Origin: Erysipelotrichaceae bacterium | GTDB taxonomy: Bacteria; Bacillota_I; Bacilli_A; Erysipelotrichales; Erysipelotrichaceae | Assembly (NCBI GenBank): GCA_030604855.1 | Contig: JAUVVC010000001.1 | Span: forward strand, 150,001-182,000 | Length of the DNA: 32,000 nucleotides | Direction: 5' to 3' | Part shown: positions 8,649-17,877 of the stretch, piece by piece | Numbering within the stretch: the stretch's first letter is position 1 | Layout of the letters: each line of letters begins with the position of its first letter | Position numbers and translations under genes: made by a program | The notes under the pieces: model-generated | What the model saw: only the letters and a program-made list of their open reading frames with translations | What the model was told of the DNA's origin: nothing | Databases searched by the model: none

Positions 8649-9203
8649 ATGAAACCACTCAAACGTATGACGATCTCCGCACTCTTAGCAGTCTTGCTTG
8701 TAGTGTCGGCCTATATATCCATTCCTTTGCCCATATCGAGTGTCGCATTTACGGCACAGTCCTTAATGGTCATGCTTATTGGCTTAAGCATGCCGGTGAA
8801 CATTGCGTTCACCTCGGTTGGTTTGTATCTACTTTTAGGTGCGATCGGGTTACCGGTGTTCTCCAATGGGACGGCTGGTCTAACAGTACTTTTCGGCCCA
8901 ACAGGGGGCTATCTCTTTGGTTTTCTGATTGGAGTCGTGGTGATGTCCATCATAAAAGACCATGCGAAAGGTTATGGCGGACGTATGGTGGCGGCCATCT
9001 TTGGGGGCATCATCGTTGTCTATTTCTTTGGTTTCCTCGTATTGAAATTGGTTCTCGGTTTGTCCTACGGCAAAGCCTTGATGATCGGTGTCATCCCATT
9101 TGTACCGCTTGATTTGCTTAAAGCTTGGATTGCGGCCTGGTTCACGAAGAAATATCAGAAGCATTTCAATCGAATGTTGGGACTATCTGTAACCAAGACT
9201 TGA
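8649..9203 (+). CDS. bioY: biotin transporter S-component BioY
   Basis: 184 aa with about 6 transmembrane segments. Has ISIPLP.....FTAQSLMVMLIGL and GPTGGYLFGF motifs characteristic of BioY. Confidence 0.85.
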   Translation: MKPLKRMTISALLAVLLVVSAYISIPLPISSVAFTAQSLMVMLIGLSMPVNIAFTSVGLYLLLGAIGLPVFSNGTAGLTVLFGPTGGYLFGFLIGVVVMSIIKDHAKGYGGRMVAAIFGGIIVVYFFGFLVLKLVLGLSYGKALMIGVIPFVPLDLLKAWIAAWFTKKYQKHFNRMLGLSVTKT

Positions 9204-9259
9204 ACATTACGTAAAGTGTATTATAATAATTATGTACATGGCCTAATAAGGTAGGGAAG

Positions 9260-9281
9260 AACCACGAAGGTGGTTTTTTTC
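9260..9281 (+). terminator. intrinsic terminator after bioY
   Basis: AACCAC-gaag-GTGGTT followed by TTTTTT. Confidence 0.75.
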
Positions 9282-9397
9282 GTTATACGCTAAGTTTTTT
9301 TGTTAAGATTTCTATACTATTCTTGTTTATTTTTATTGTGTTGTCTAATAAACTTAAAGCATAAGAATGTTCTTATATCTTACCACTGAGGTTCACC

Positions 9398-10873
9398 ATG
9401 GGCTTTAAACTCCTCTCCTTATATCTCTTTCTCGCAATTCTTGCACTCTCGTATCTCTTTGTGCATTCCTTTGTCCGTGGTCGATCCCAACATGCCAAAC
9501 TCTTAGGGATCTTGAGCTTGACCTTGCAAGTGTATCTCTTGGGTTATCTAGTGGAGTTGAATGCGACGTCCTTGGATGCGATGATCTTTTGGAATCAGAT
9601 TCAGTACTTTGGGATTCCGTTCTTTCCAGCCTTGTGGTTTGCGGTCAGTGCGGTGTATACCGGACGACCACAGTGGATCCAGGGATGGCGAGGTCTGTTG
9701 GTCATCAGTGTTCCCGTTTTGACGTTTGTCATACGTCTGACCAATGATTTTCATCACTGGTATTATGCGTCCATGACCTTGGTGTTCTTAGGTGATTATA
9801 CGGCCATGTATCTAGTCAAAGGACCCTGGTATCTGGTTCAAATGACCTATGTGTTGATCACCTTGGTCGCATGTACGCGGTTCTATGCCTTACGTTATCG
9901 TAAAGCAAAGGGGAATGAGCGGATGCAGTTCAGTTTGTTGTTGTGGGCATCGATCTTACCCTATGTAGCCTTGGTTTTGGTGTTCATAAATTTTGGTGAT
10001 TTGGGCATTGATTATACAGCTTTAATTCTACCGCCGTGTATACTCTTGATCAATCATGCGCTGACGAAATATAACTTCTTGGAGATCAAGGAAATGGCAC
10101 GGGAGCGTGTGTTTGAGGATAATCGGATCGGGTATTTGTTGTTAAGCAAGCAGTTGAAGGTCGTAGATATGAATCCTTTAGGGAAACAATTGTTGAAGCA
10201 ATTGGAGACAAACAATCCTTCAATTCATGAATGGATCTTGGATGATGCGAAGCATCTTATCCAATTGGAGAAACATAATAAGACAGTATCAATCTCCAGT
10301 CAAGCCATTGAAAACAGTGGGTATTTGGTATCCATCGAAGATGTGAGTGAACGAGAAGCGATTTTGAATCGATTGGAGCATTTGGTGAACATCGATGCTT
10401 TGACGCAGTTGAACAATCGTCGTTCTTTCTTTGAACAAGCCAATCAGATCTTTGATCATGCGGATCGTTACCATGAACCACTTGCCTGTTTGATGATTGA
10501 TATCGATCACTTCAAAGATGTCAATGATCACCATGGGCATGAAGCAGGGGATACGGTATTGAAATCCTTAGCTGAAACCATGAAACAATGTTTTCGAAGC
10601 AGTGATGTGATTGCACGCATGGGGGGTGAGGAGTTTGCGGTTCTTTTACGTATGAGTGAAATGGATGCCGCACTTCTGATTGCCGAACGATTACGTGTAA
10701 CGGTGGAAAAGGAAAGCATCCAGCATAACGAACTCAATCTAAACATCACCATCAGTCTAGGGCTCGCTGTACGCATTGATCATGAAGATCTTGAGTCTGT
10801 ACTCAGACGTGCAGACAAGGCATTATATGAAGCTAAAGCAGCAGGTCGTAATCAAGTGCGTCGTGCTCAGTAG
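9398..10873 (+). CDS. membrane-anchored diguanylate cyclase (7TM sensor N-terminus plus GGDEF domain)
   Basis: About 7 hydrophobic helices in the first ~230 aa. C-terminal GGDEF domain with GGEEF at 10622-10636, an RSSD I-site five residues upstream, and DALTQLNNRR and DIDHFKDVND motifs. Confidence 0.9.
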   Translation: MGFKLLSLYLFLAILALSYLFVHSFVRGRSQHAKLLGILSLTLQVYLLGYLVELNATSLDAMIFWNQIQYFGIPFFPALWFAVSAVYTGRPQWIQGWRGLLVISVPVLTFVIRLTNDFHHWYYASMTLVFLGDYTAMYLVKGPWYLVQMTYVLITLVACTRFYALRYRKAKGNERMQFSLLLWASILPYVALVLVFINFGDLGIDYTALILPPCILLINHALTKYNFLEIKEMARERVFEDNRIGYLLLSKQLKVVDMNPLGKQLLKQLETNNPSIHEWILDDAKHLIQLEKHNKTVSISSQAIENSGYLVSIEDVSEREAILNRLEHLVNIDALTQLNNRRSFFEQANQIFDHADRYHEPLACLMIDIDHFKDVNDHHGHEAGDTVLKSLAETMKQCFRSSDVIARMGGEEFAVLLRMSEMDAALLIAERLRVTVEKESIQHNELNLNITISLGLAVRIDHEDLESVLRRADKALYEAKAAGRNQVRRAQ

Positions 10874-11021
10874 GTATTTGTTATAAAGATTATGTTTCTC
10901 ACAAATTATTCAAATTGTTTCAATCATCAACGGGATTATCCTCGTTAATTTGTTCTTTATCGTGTGTAAATACTTCACATTTACTTACCAATTGGTTACC
11001 ATTAATGTATAAGGTGGCTCA

Positions 11022-12668
11022 ATGAAAACAATACTCAGAATGGGCTTATTATTAAGCCTTTTTATTTCGCTTCACACACCAATTCAAGCTTTAGAAGTCA
11101 AAGAAGTGTATACCGTTGATGATTGGTTGTCGATTGATGTTGGGGATACTGTTTTACTGATGAATGATTTGGATTTTGATGGGGTTGATTATAGACCGAT
11201 TCCATTGTTCAGTGGATTATTGGATGGGCAGGGGAATACGCTAAAGAATGTGGAGATCATTCTGTCAGAAAGCTCAATATCCAATGTGGGCCTGTTTGAA
11301 CAGCTTTCTGGCGCAAGTATTCGTAATCTAAATGTGGACAGATTGACGATCGATGCACTTATGGAAATGGTAAGTGTTGGATCGATTGCAGGACGCGCGC
11401 TAAACAGTACACTTGAAAACATCGCGATATCAAACGTTGAACTGAATAGTGGTTTCAATGCAGGGGGACTGATTGGAACAATCGAACCACTTGATCCTTG
11501 GGCTGAAGTTCTTGAGCCAAATGAAGTGCAGATCAATCAGACTTCTTTTAATGGCATGATTAAAGGTGGATTCCAAGTCGGTGGTTTGATTGGTGCAGTC
11601 AATAGAAGTACAAGTGTATCCATCCGTAATTCTTTCACAAAAGGGACGCTTGATGCCTTGGATAGTATTGGATTGATCATCGGTGAAATCTTGTCATCTT
11701 CAGTAAACATCAAGGATGTGTATTCAAAGATGACTTTGATCAATACAAGTGATGAAACATTGTTGGGTAGTTTTGCATGGATTGGTACACGAATGGGAGA
11801 TGGGTGTGAAACACATCAACTCATGATTGAACATGTTTATCATCAAACCAGCATAAATGATCCGAACTTATATCAAAACTTGAGGGCATGGGTTGGGTCA
11901 GAATTAGACTCACCAGAAACAATATTGAATGATGTTTATTATGATCGGGATCGATTGTTAGTGGATGATGTGGGAATGAAAACAGGTGAAGAACTTTTAA
12001 TCAATGAAACCTATGCACATTTTGATTTTGATACCATTTGGCTAATCGATACGAGTTTAAATGATGGACATCCCTTATTTCAGTATGAAGTATTTGAGGT
12101 AACGATACATCCTAATAATGGAGATGAAATTCAAGTTACGAATCACACTAAAAACAGTAGTATTATATTGCCTGAGTTGATCTACGATGGATTTACACTC
12201 GAGGGGTGGTATCAGGATGAAGCACTAACGATTTCGTTCGATTCAACAAATACATACAGTCAAGATATGGCACTCTATGCGAAATGGATTGAAAATCCAG
12301 CGGACGAAATCATTATCGAAGAACCCGTTGCGGAAGAACCTATCTTTCAAGAGCCAAGTCCTGTAGCTTCAAATCCAGTTCAAGAAGTAGAAGCAAATAA
12401 TGTACAATCGCCAGTCATCATTGTAAGTAAACCGATAGTGGTGTCTCCAGTCATTGAGGAATCATCAGTAACTGAAGATGAACTCGATACGAATGAAATT
12501 ATAGCGGAACCAAAAGATGAAGAAGTGGAACCATCATTGGAGCCTGTAGAAAATAAGGTATCTAAAGCTGGATCTTGGTGTTGGTTGTGGTTGTTACTCA
12601 TTCTATTGCTTATTGCATACACCATCTATCGTAAGCTTAAGAAACGTAAACTTGTAGATAACGAGTAA
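11022..12668 (+). CDS. surface protein with GLUG-type motifs, one Listeria-Bacteroides repeat, and a C-terminal TM anchor
   Basis: - Signal peptide MKTILRMGLLLSLFISLHTPIQA.
- Repeated GGLIG motifs (NAGGLIGT, QVGGLIGA, VGSIAGR).
- VTIHPNNGDE...YDGFTLEGWYQDEALT...DMALYAKW matches the Listeria-Bacteroides (InlB B-type) repeat.
- A Pro/Glu-rich spacer is followed by WCWLWLLLILLLIAYTIY-RKLKKRK. Confidence 0.8.
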   Translation: MKTILRMGLLLSLFISLHTPIQALEVKEVYTVDDWLSIDVGDTVLLMNDLDFDGVDYRPIPLFSGLLDGQGNTLKNVEIILSESSISNVGLFEQLSGASIRNLNVDRLTIDALMEMVSVGSIAGRALNSTLENIAISNVELNSGFNAGGLIGTIEPLDPWAEVLEPNEVQINQTSFNGMIKGGFQVGGLIGAVNRSTSVSIRNSFTKGTLDALDSIGLIIGEILSSSVNIKDVYSKMTLINTSDETLLGSFAWIGTRMGDGCETHQLMIEHVYHQTSINDPNLYQNLRAWVGSELDSPETILNDVYYDRDRLLVDDVGMKTGEELLINETYAHFDFDTIWLIDTSLNDGHPLFQYEVFEVTIHPNNGDEIQVTNHTKNSSIILPELIYDGFTLEGWYQDEALTISFDSTNTYSQDMALYAKWIENPADEIIIEEPVAEEPIFQEPSPVASNPVQEVEANNVQSPVIIVSKPIVVSPVIEESSVTEDELDTNEIIAEPKDEEVEPSLEPVENKVSKAGSWCWLWLLLILLLIAYTIYRKLKKRKLVDNE

Positions 12669-12699
12669 TGCCGTTAGAATAAGGGCATGGAGGATGTTT

Positions 12700-13293
12700 A
12701 TGAAGAAAATAGGATTATTACTCGTGGTGTTTCTACTAACAGCGTGTGCGGTTAAGCCGGATGCGGTGTTGAGTGAATATTTCAATATGATTAAATCAAA
12801 TGACAATCCGATTTATGATGCGGAGTTACATGCAAGCTACTTTGATCGTGATCCAGGTTTGAATACCGAGGATACGGAAGCATTATTAAACAATCAAACT
12901 GAAGCGGGTAAAGAGCTATCTGCCGTTTATCTCGATTTAGTACAAGAGTTTGAATATACCATCAACAATACAACCATTACGGATGATGAGGCTGTGGTGA
13001 ATGTGACCATCAAGGCGTATCCTTTGATGGATATGACGATGGATCTGATGAATCGTCTGATGTCAGCTTTATTTAGCTTAACCTTTACAACTGAAGAAGA
13101 GACAACAGCGTATATGTTGGAGCAGTTCAATCTCTTAAAAGTGGATTATACAAAAACGTTTGAAGGTACGGTTGATGTGTATTTGGTCAAAGTGGATAAG
13201 GATTGGAAGATTGTCGGTGGTGATAAGAATCTACCGCTCTTCTATGCATTAACAGGGAATTTGATGAATATACAGGATGAGTTAGAGTACTAA
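12700..13293 (+). CDS. lipoprotein, function unknown
   Basis: GGAGG at 12689-12693, 6 nt before ATG 12700. Lipobox in MKKIGLLLVVFLLTAC. Confidence 0.7.
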   Translation: MKKIGLLLVVFLLTACAVKPDAVLSEYFNMIKSNDNPIYDAELHASYFDRDPGLNTEDTEALLNNQTEAGKELSAVYLDLVQEFEYTINNTTITDDEAVVNVTIKAYPLMDMTMDLMNRLMSALFSLTFTTEEETTAYMLEQFNLLKVDYTKTFEGTVDVYLVKVDKDWKIVGGDKNLPLFYALTGNLMNIQDELEY

Positions 13294-13310
13294 AGGGCTG
13301 AGGCCCTTTT
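13294..13310 (+). terminator. short intrinsic terminator
   Basis: AAGGGC-tgag-GCCCTT followed by TT. Short stem, so modest confidence. Confidence 0.5.
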
Positions 13311-13371
13311 CTAATGATAAAGCAGAAGTAGAATTGGAATTTGTGTTGGATTATAAATGCAAATTTAGTTT

Positions 13372-13398
13372 AGAAAAAAAGTACTTTGTACAAGTACT
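13372..13398 (-). terminator. intrinsic terminator of the EcsC-like gene (minus strand)
   Basis: On the minus strand, AAGTACTT-gtaca-AAGTACTT (8-bp stem) is followed by TTTTTTT. The stem starts within the stop codon. Confidence 0.7.
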
Positions 13399-14267
13399 TA
13401 AGCCGAGGTTATATCAATGATGTTATATTTATTTTCCAAAAATCTTTTCTTATAAAGTCGATTGGTTGTGTTGATAACTCGTGTTATGTAACCATAGTTA
13501 AATAACCCACCCACCACAGCTCCAATAAATGGAATGCCTTGTATCATCTTTGTTTTTGATAAACGTACACCCTGTGATGCTGCAAAGTTCTTTGCTATCT
13601 GAGGGAGTAAAAACTTACTCCCCATTTCATTTAATTGTTTATATGTGTTCCTCTTTATTGCTATTTTAAGTGCATTCATTTCAAGCAAGAGCTCCGTTTT
13701 ACCGCCTAGTGAAATAAAATCAGAGAAAGCCATTGCTTTTAACATAAATGCTTGCTCGAAATCACTTTCAGGATTAAATCCGTAACATGAGCAAATTTGT
13801 TGTTGGACACGTGCGAGTAAACTAAAAAACACTGGAATTTCTGCAAGTGTCGATTCAAGTCCGCCAATTCCAAAACCAGCTCCTTCAACTGCTGAAGCAA
13901 TTTTATTTTGATCTGCTATCTTCTTAACATGATGCTCAATTGTATTTGCGTTAAAGCTGTTTAGCTGATCAAAAGAGTCAACCTTTAATGCTCTTAAGAT
14001 ATAACTTTTATCATAAGTGTACTTTATATTATCGTGTGTAAATTGGAATGCACCAGCAATTGCGACTTGTAGTGTTTCTTGAACCTTTTTTGACAGATCA
14101 CTGTCGGTTAAAGGTTTAAATGTTCTCGATAATGGTATGGTTACAGGCTTTGCAAGTTCCCCAACCCTCTTAAATGTTCTATTCACAATACTATGCTCAC
14201 GTTTATTAGTGTATTCCACTTCCCAGTGCTTTAGTTCTTCTAAGGCTCTAGAATCGTCAATATTCAT
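13398..14267 (-). CDS. EcsC-family-like protein
   Basis: 289 aa. The general pattern (N-terminal ...ELKHWE..., central glycine-rich AVEGAGFGIGGLES, C-terminal IPFIGAVVGGLFNYGY) resembles the EcsC family. GGGGG ribosome-binding site 7 nt upstream. No ecsAB genes are nearby. Confidence 0.5.
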   Translation of the reverse strand: MNIDDSRALEELKHWEVEYTNKREHSIVNRTFKRVGELAKPVTIPLSRTFKPLTDSDLSKKVQETLQVAIAGAFQFTHDNIKYTYDKSYILRALKVDSFDQLNSFNANTIEHHVKKIADQNKIASAVEGAGFGIGGLESTLAEIPVFFSLLARVQQQICSCYGFNPESDFEQAFMLKAMAFSDFISLGGKTELLLEMNALKIAIKRNTYKQLNEMGSKFLLPQIAKNFAASQGVRLSKTKMIQGIPFIGAVVGGLFNYGYITRVINTTNRLYKKRFLENKYNIIDITSA

Positions 14268-14442
14268 TATGGATCCCCCGTTGTTATGTAACTATTATAC
14301 TTAATATTGTTTAAGAACGAATTAAAAAATGTTGGAATATCATTACTTCAATGTCCATGATAGGTATGTGTCCTTAATTATGTACTTGAATTTGTTTAGT
14401 CTTAATATTTCGTTTATGTTGTTTTAAGGAGGGATGTAGTAT

Positions 14443-14529
14443 ATGAAGATTCTTAAAAATATACAAATAATTCATCTGTTACCAGTATTTTTTGTGCTTA
14501 ATATTATCTTCAACAGTGTTCCACAATAG
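14443..14529 (+). CDS. possible 28-aa hydrophobic micropeptide
   Basis: Strong AAGGAGGG at 14426-14433, 9 nt before ATG 14443. Product is MKILKNIQIIHLLPVFFVLNIIFNSVPQ, with stop TAG at 14527-14529. It lies in the intergenic region upstream of the SNF2 gene. No homology support is possible here. Confidence 0.25.
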   Translation: MKILKNIQIIHLLPVFFVLNIIFNSVPQ

Positions 14530-14655
14530 AAATATCGATATTAAAATTAAAGTTTTTGATAGGTTTATTTACTTAATACTCACAAAAACACAAGGTTTTA
14601 ACATGTTTAACAGTGTTATAATTAATTCAATGATGTTTTTGTGGGGGGTATGATC

Positions 14656-17600
14656 ATGCAGTATCCTTTGGATAATTTGAAGCAGGGCTCGGTGAGTCAA
14701 TTCCTAAAAGACAATATACAAAAAGATTCTGAACTTTTTGTTGTGTCACCGATGTTTACGATCTATGCATTTGATGAATTGAAAGAAATCTTGAGAGATG
14801 TTAAGAAGGTTAGATTCTTATTCAATGAACCGACTTTTATACGTCGACTTCAGAACAATCAAAAAGAAGTTCGAGAATTTAAATTGGAAATGGCGAAACG
14901 CGAGAAAAATGTTTCTGAATTTCCTTATGAGATTAATCTGAAGAATAATCTGGATCAGAATCAAGTCGCAGCCGAATGTTACCGAATGATTGATAAGAAA
15001 ATGGATGTTCGATCTGTAACAACCAGCAACACTGTTCAAACAAGTAATTTTTATATTCATGAACAAACACCAAGCTTCTTAGTCAATGGATCAAGTTTGT
15101 CTTTTTCGCGAGAAGGTTTGGGTTATTATAATCGGCCAAACTTTACCTTTAATATGGTGAGTAGTGAACCTGAAGTTTTAAATGTATTTAAGGGCATGAT
15201 GGATGATATCTGGAATAATGAATCAATGGTTCATGATGTGAAGGATACCTTGTTGTCGTATATCCTAAACCTCTATAAAGAGAATTCCCCAGAACTGGTC
15301 TACTACTTAACTTTATATCAGATTTTTGGAGAGAAGCTTAATTCGATGGATGAGATGGCACGAATTAAAGAGCGTACGGGTATCAGTAAAACCAAGATTT
15401 GGAATATGCTATATAATTTTCAACATGATGCTGTTGTAGGAGCGATTAAGAAGTTAGAACTCTACAATGGCTGTATCATTGCGGACTCTGTTGGTTTAGG
15501 GAAAACGTTTGAGGCCTTAGCCATCATTAAATATTATGAGCTTAGAAATGATCGAATCCTAGTTTTAGCACCTAAAAAGCTAAGAGCAAACTGGGCTGGA
15601 TTCAAACAAAATTCAATTTACAACCCATTGGTCGATGATCGCTTTAATTACGATGTTTTATTTCATACAGACCTTTCCAGAGAAGCTGGGTATTCAGGTG
15701 AAATTGACTTATCAAAGTTGAACTGGGGTAACTATGATTTAGTCGTCATTGATGAGTCGCATAACTTTAGAAATAAGCCTAATGCACCTGAGAGAAAAAC
15801 AAGATATCAGAAGTTGATGGAAGATATCATACAGTCTGGTGTTAAAACAAAGGTATTAATGTTATCCGCAACACCTGTTAATAATGGGTTTACAGATTTA
15901 CGTAATCAAATCATGTTTATCACAGAGGATAAAGATGATGCTTTTCAAGAAAATGCCGGAATAAAAAGTATCAATGAAACGTTAAGAATTGCGCAGACAC
16001 GTTTTAACGATTGGGCGAAACAAACGAATGATAAACGTAAAGTGGAAGAGTTACAAAAATCATTGGATTTTGATTTTTACAACTTACTCAACACAGTCAC
16101 CATTGCACGAAGTAGAAAACATATTCAAAAGTATTATGAAACAACGGGTATTGGAGAGTTCCCAACTCGTTTAAAGCCTATTTCGATAAAAACAAATATC
16201 GATATTAAAGGTAATTTCCTTGATTTTTCAAAGATTAATAACGAGATTCTTAGATTAAAGTTACCGATCTATTCACCATTATTATATCTTCTTCCAATAA
16301 AACGGGATGAATACGAACAAGAATACAAGCAAGTGGTGCAAGAAGGAAAGAGTGCATTCTTTCAGTCGGATCGTGAAAGAAATCTAGTCAACTTGATGCG
16401 AGTCAACTTATTGAAACGATTGGAATCCAGTGTGAATTCATTTGCACTGACACTTGAAAGAATTTTAAACAATGTCAATTCAACTTTAGATAAACTTAAT
16501 ATCGTTCAGGACTTTTCAGAGTTTAGTGAAGAAATGGACGATGAGGAACTTGATGATCTTGAAATTGGAAAGACAGTCAAAGTGAAACTTAAAGACATGG
16601 ATCAAAAAAGATATGAAGAAGATCTATTAGAAGATCAAAGAATTATTAAGTATCTTCTGGAAATGTCTCGTCAAGTTAAGGCGAAAGATGATGCTAAACT
16701 GAATAGACTAATTCAAGAGATTGAAAACAAGATATTGAACCCTATAAATCCAAATAATCGTAAAGTCATTGTATTCACAGCATTCAGTGATACGGCTGTC
16801 TATATCTATGAACATATTCATCGTTATTTCTTAGAGCATCATGGAGTTTACAGTGGTATCGTAACAGGTTCGGATATGGTTAAATCTAATGTTCCTAAGA
16901 TTAGGAATGGATTTGAAGAAATCCTAGCTTATTTTTCACCGCGTTCAAGTAAGATGAATCAAAAGATTCAAGAGATTGATCTTTTGATTGCGACAGATTG
17001 TATTAGTGAAGGTCAGAATCTTCAAGATTGTGACTACTTGATTAACTATGACATTCATTGGAATCCAGTTCGTATTATTCAGCGTTTTGGTCGTATTGAT
17101 CGTATTGGATCTACGAACAAGAGTATTCAATTGGTCAATTTCTGGCCGAATATTGAACTGGATGAATACATCAACTTAGAGAATCGTGTTCGCAATCGTA
17201 TGGCCATGGTGGATTTGGCTGCGACAGGTGAAGATGATCTATTAAATGCTGAAAGTAAGAATTTACAATATCGTAGTGAACAGTTAAAACAGTTACAAAG
17301 CGATGTGATTGATCTTGAAGACTTGACTGGTGGTATTTCAATTACTGACTTGACACTCGATGAATTCTTAATGGCGTTGGATCAGTACATGAAAGCAAAT
17401 CCGGATGTACTTGAATCTTATCCAACGGGCGTGCATGCAATTACGGACATACCAAATGTTATTCGAGATGAGTTTGAACCCGGTGTTGTTTACTGCTTGA
17501 AGGAACGTAAATTTGATCGTAATGAAGTTGCGAGTAATTCACTTTATCCGTTTCATCTTGTCTATGTAAAAGAGGATGGATCCATCCTCTATGGACATGA

Positions 17601-17877
17601 TCATCCTAAGAAAATCTTAGATGCGTTGAAGCTGATGGCAGTCGGTCGTAAAGAACCGATTGAACAGTTAGTGAATCAATTCAACCTTGAGACACGCAAT
17701 GGAAACAACATGTCTAAATACACCAATCTACTCGAGAAAGCTGTTTTTGACATTCAAGGTCGAGTTGAGGAAAAGGGGATTGATTCCTTATTCAAACTTG
17801 GTAAGTCTTCATTGATTGATAAGCAAATCTCCGGACTTAGTGATTTTGAATTGGTTACTTTCATGGTGATCGCATGA
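14656..17877 (+). CDS. SNF2-family helicase with an N-terminal degenerate PLD/HKD-like domain
   Basis: - GLGKT (motif I) at 15493-15507.
- DESH (motif II) at 15751-15762.
- LSATPVNN (motif III).
- SEGQNLQ...HWNP...QRFGRIDRIGS (motifs V/VI).
- The N-terminal ~200 aa ends in FYIHEQTPSFLVNGSSLSFS, which resembles an HKD motif with K replaced by Q (15058-15066).
- The start is taken as ATG 14656, 7 nt after a G6 tract. GTG 14641 and ATG 14650 are alternatives. Confidence 0.85.
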   Translation: MQYPLDNLKQGSVSQFLKDNIQKDSELFVVSPMFTIYAFDELKEILRDVKKVRFLFNEPTFIRRLQNNQKEVREFKLEMAKREKNVSEFPYEINLKNNLDQNQVAAECYRMIDKKMDVRSVTTSNTVQTSNFYIHEQTPSFLVNGSSLSFSREGLGYYNRPNFTFNMVSSEPEVLNVFKGMMDDIWNNESMVHDVKDTLLSYILNLYKENSPELVYYLTLYQIFGEKLNSMDEMARIKERTGISKTKIWNMLYNFQHDAVVGAIKKLELYNGCIIADSVGLGKTFEALAIIKYYELRNDRILVLAPKKLRANWAGFKQNSIYNPLVDDRFNYDVLFHTDLSREAGYSGEIDLSKLNWGNYDLVVIDESHNFRNKPNAPERKTRYQKLMEDIIQSGVKTKVLMLSATPVNNGFTDLRNQIMFITEDKDDAFQENAGIKSINETLRIAQTRFNDWAKQTNDKRKVEELQKSLDFDFYNLLNTVTIARSRKHIQKYYETTGIGEFPTRLKPISIKTNIDIKGNFLDFSKINNEILRLKLPIYSPLLYLLPIKRDEYEQEYKQVVQEGKSAFFQSDRERNLVNLMRVNLLKRLESSVNSFALTLERILNNVNSTLDKLNIVQDFSEFSEEMDDEELDDLEIGKTVKVKLKDMDQKRYEEDLLEDQRIIKYLLEMSRQVKAKDDAKLNRLIQEIENKILNPINPNNRKVIVFTAFSDTAVYIYEHIHRYFLEHHGVYSGIVTGSDMVKSNVPKIRNGFEEILAYFSPRSSKMNQKIQEIDLLIATDCISEGQNLQDCDYLINYDIHWNPVRIIQRFGRIDRIGSTNKSIQLVNFWPNIELDEYINLENRVRNRMAMVDLAATGEDDLLNAESKNLQYRSEQLKQLQSDVIDLEDLTGGISITDLTLDEFLMALDQYMKANPDVLESYPTGVHAITDIPNVIRDEFEPGVVYCLKERKFDRNEVASNSLYPFHLVYVKEDGSILYGHDHPKKILDALKLMAVGRKEPIEQLVNQFNLETRNGNNMSKYTNLLEKAVFDIQGRVEEKGIDSLFKLGKSSLIDKQISGLSDFELVTFMVIA

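Noticed and set aside
10987-10996. 10-bp perfect palindrome ACCAATTGGT upstream of the surface-protein gene.
   Set aside because: It is a single short palindrome without a partner site or flanking symmetry. It could be a regulator site but is equally likely to be chance, and is too weak to call.
74-12806. Many minus-strand (and some out-of-frame plus-strand) ORFs of 60-115 aa in the supplied track lie inside the pyk, ROK, pepS, thrS, bioY, GGDEF and surface-protein genes. Examples are 74-337, 710-1024, 1523-1859, 5532-6824, 8880-9164, 9548-10776 and 11189-12806.
   Set aside because: They lie wholly within, and antisense or out of frame to, ORFs with clear conserved motifs. They lack ribosome-binding sites and have low-complexity or odd compositions. 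They are shadow ORFs.
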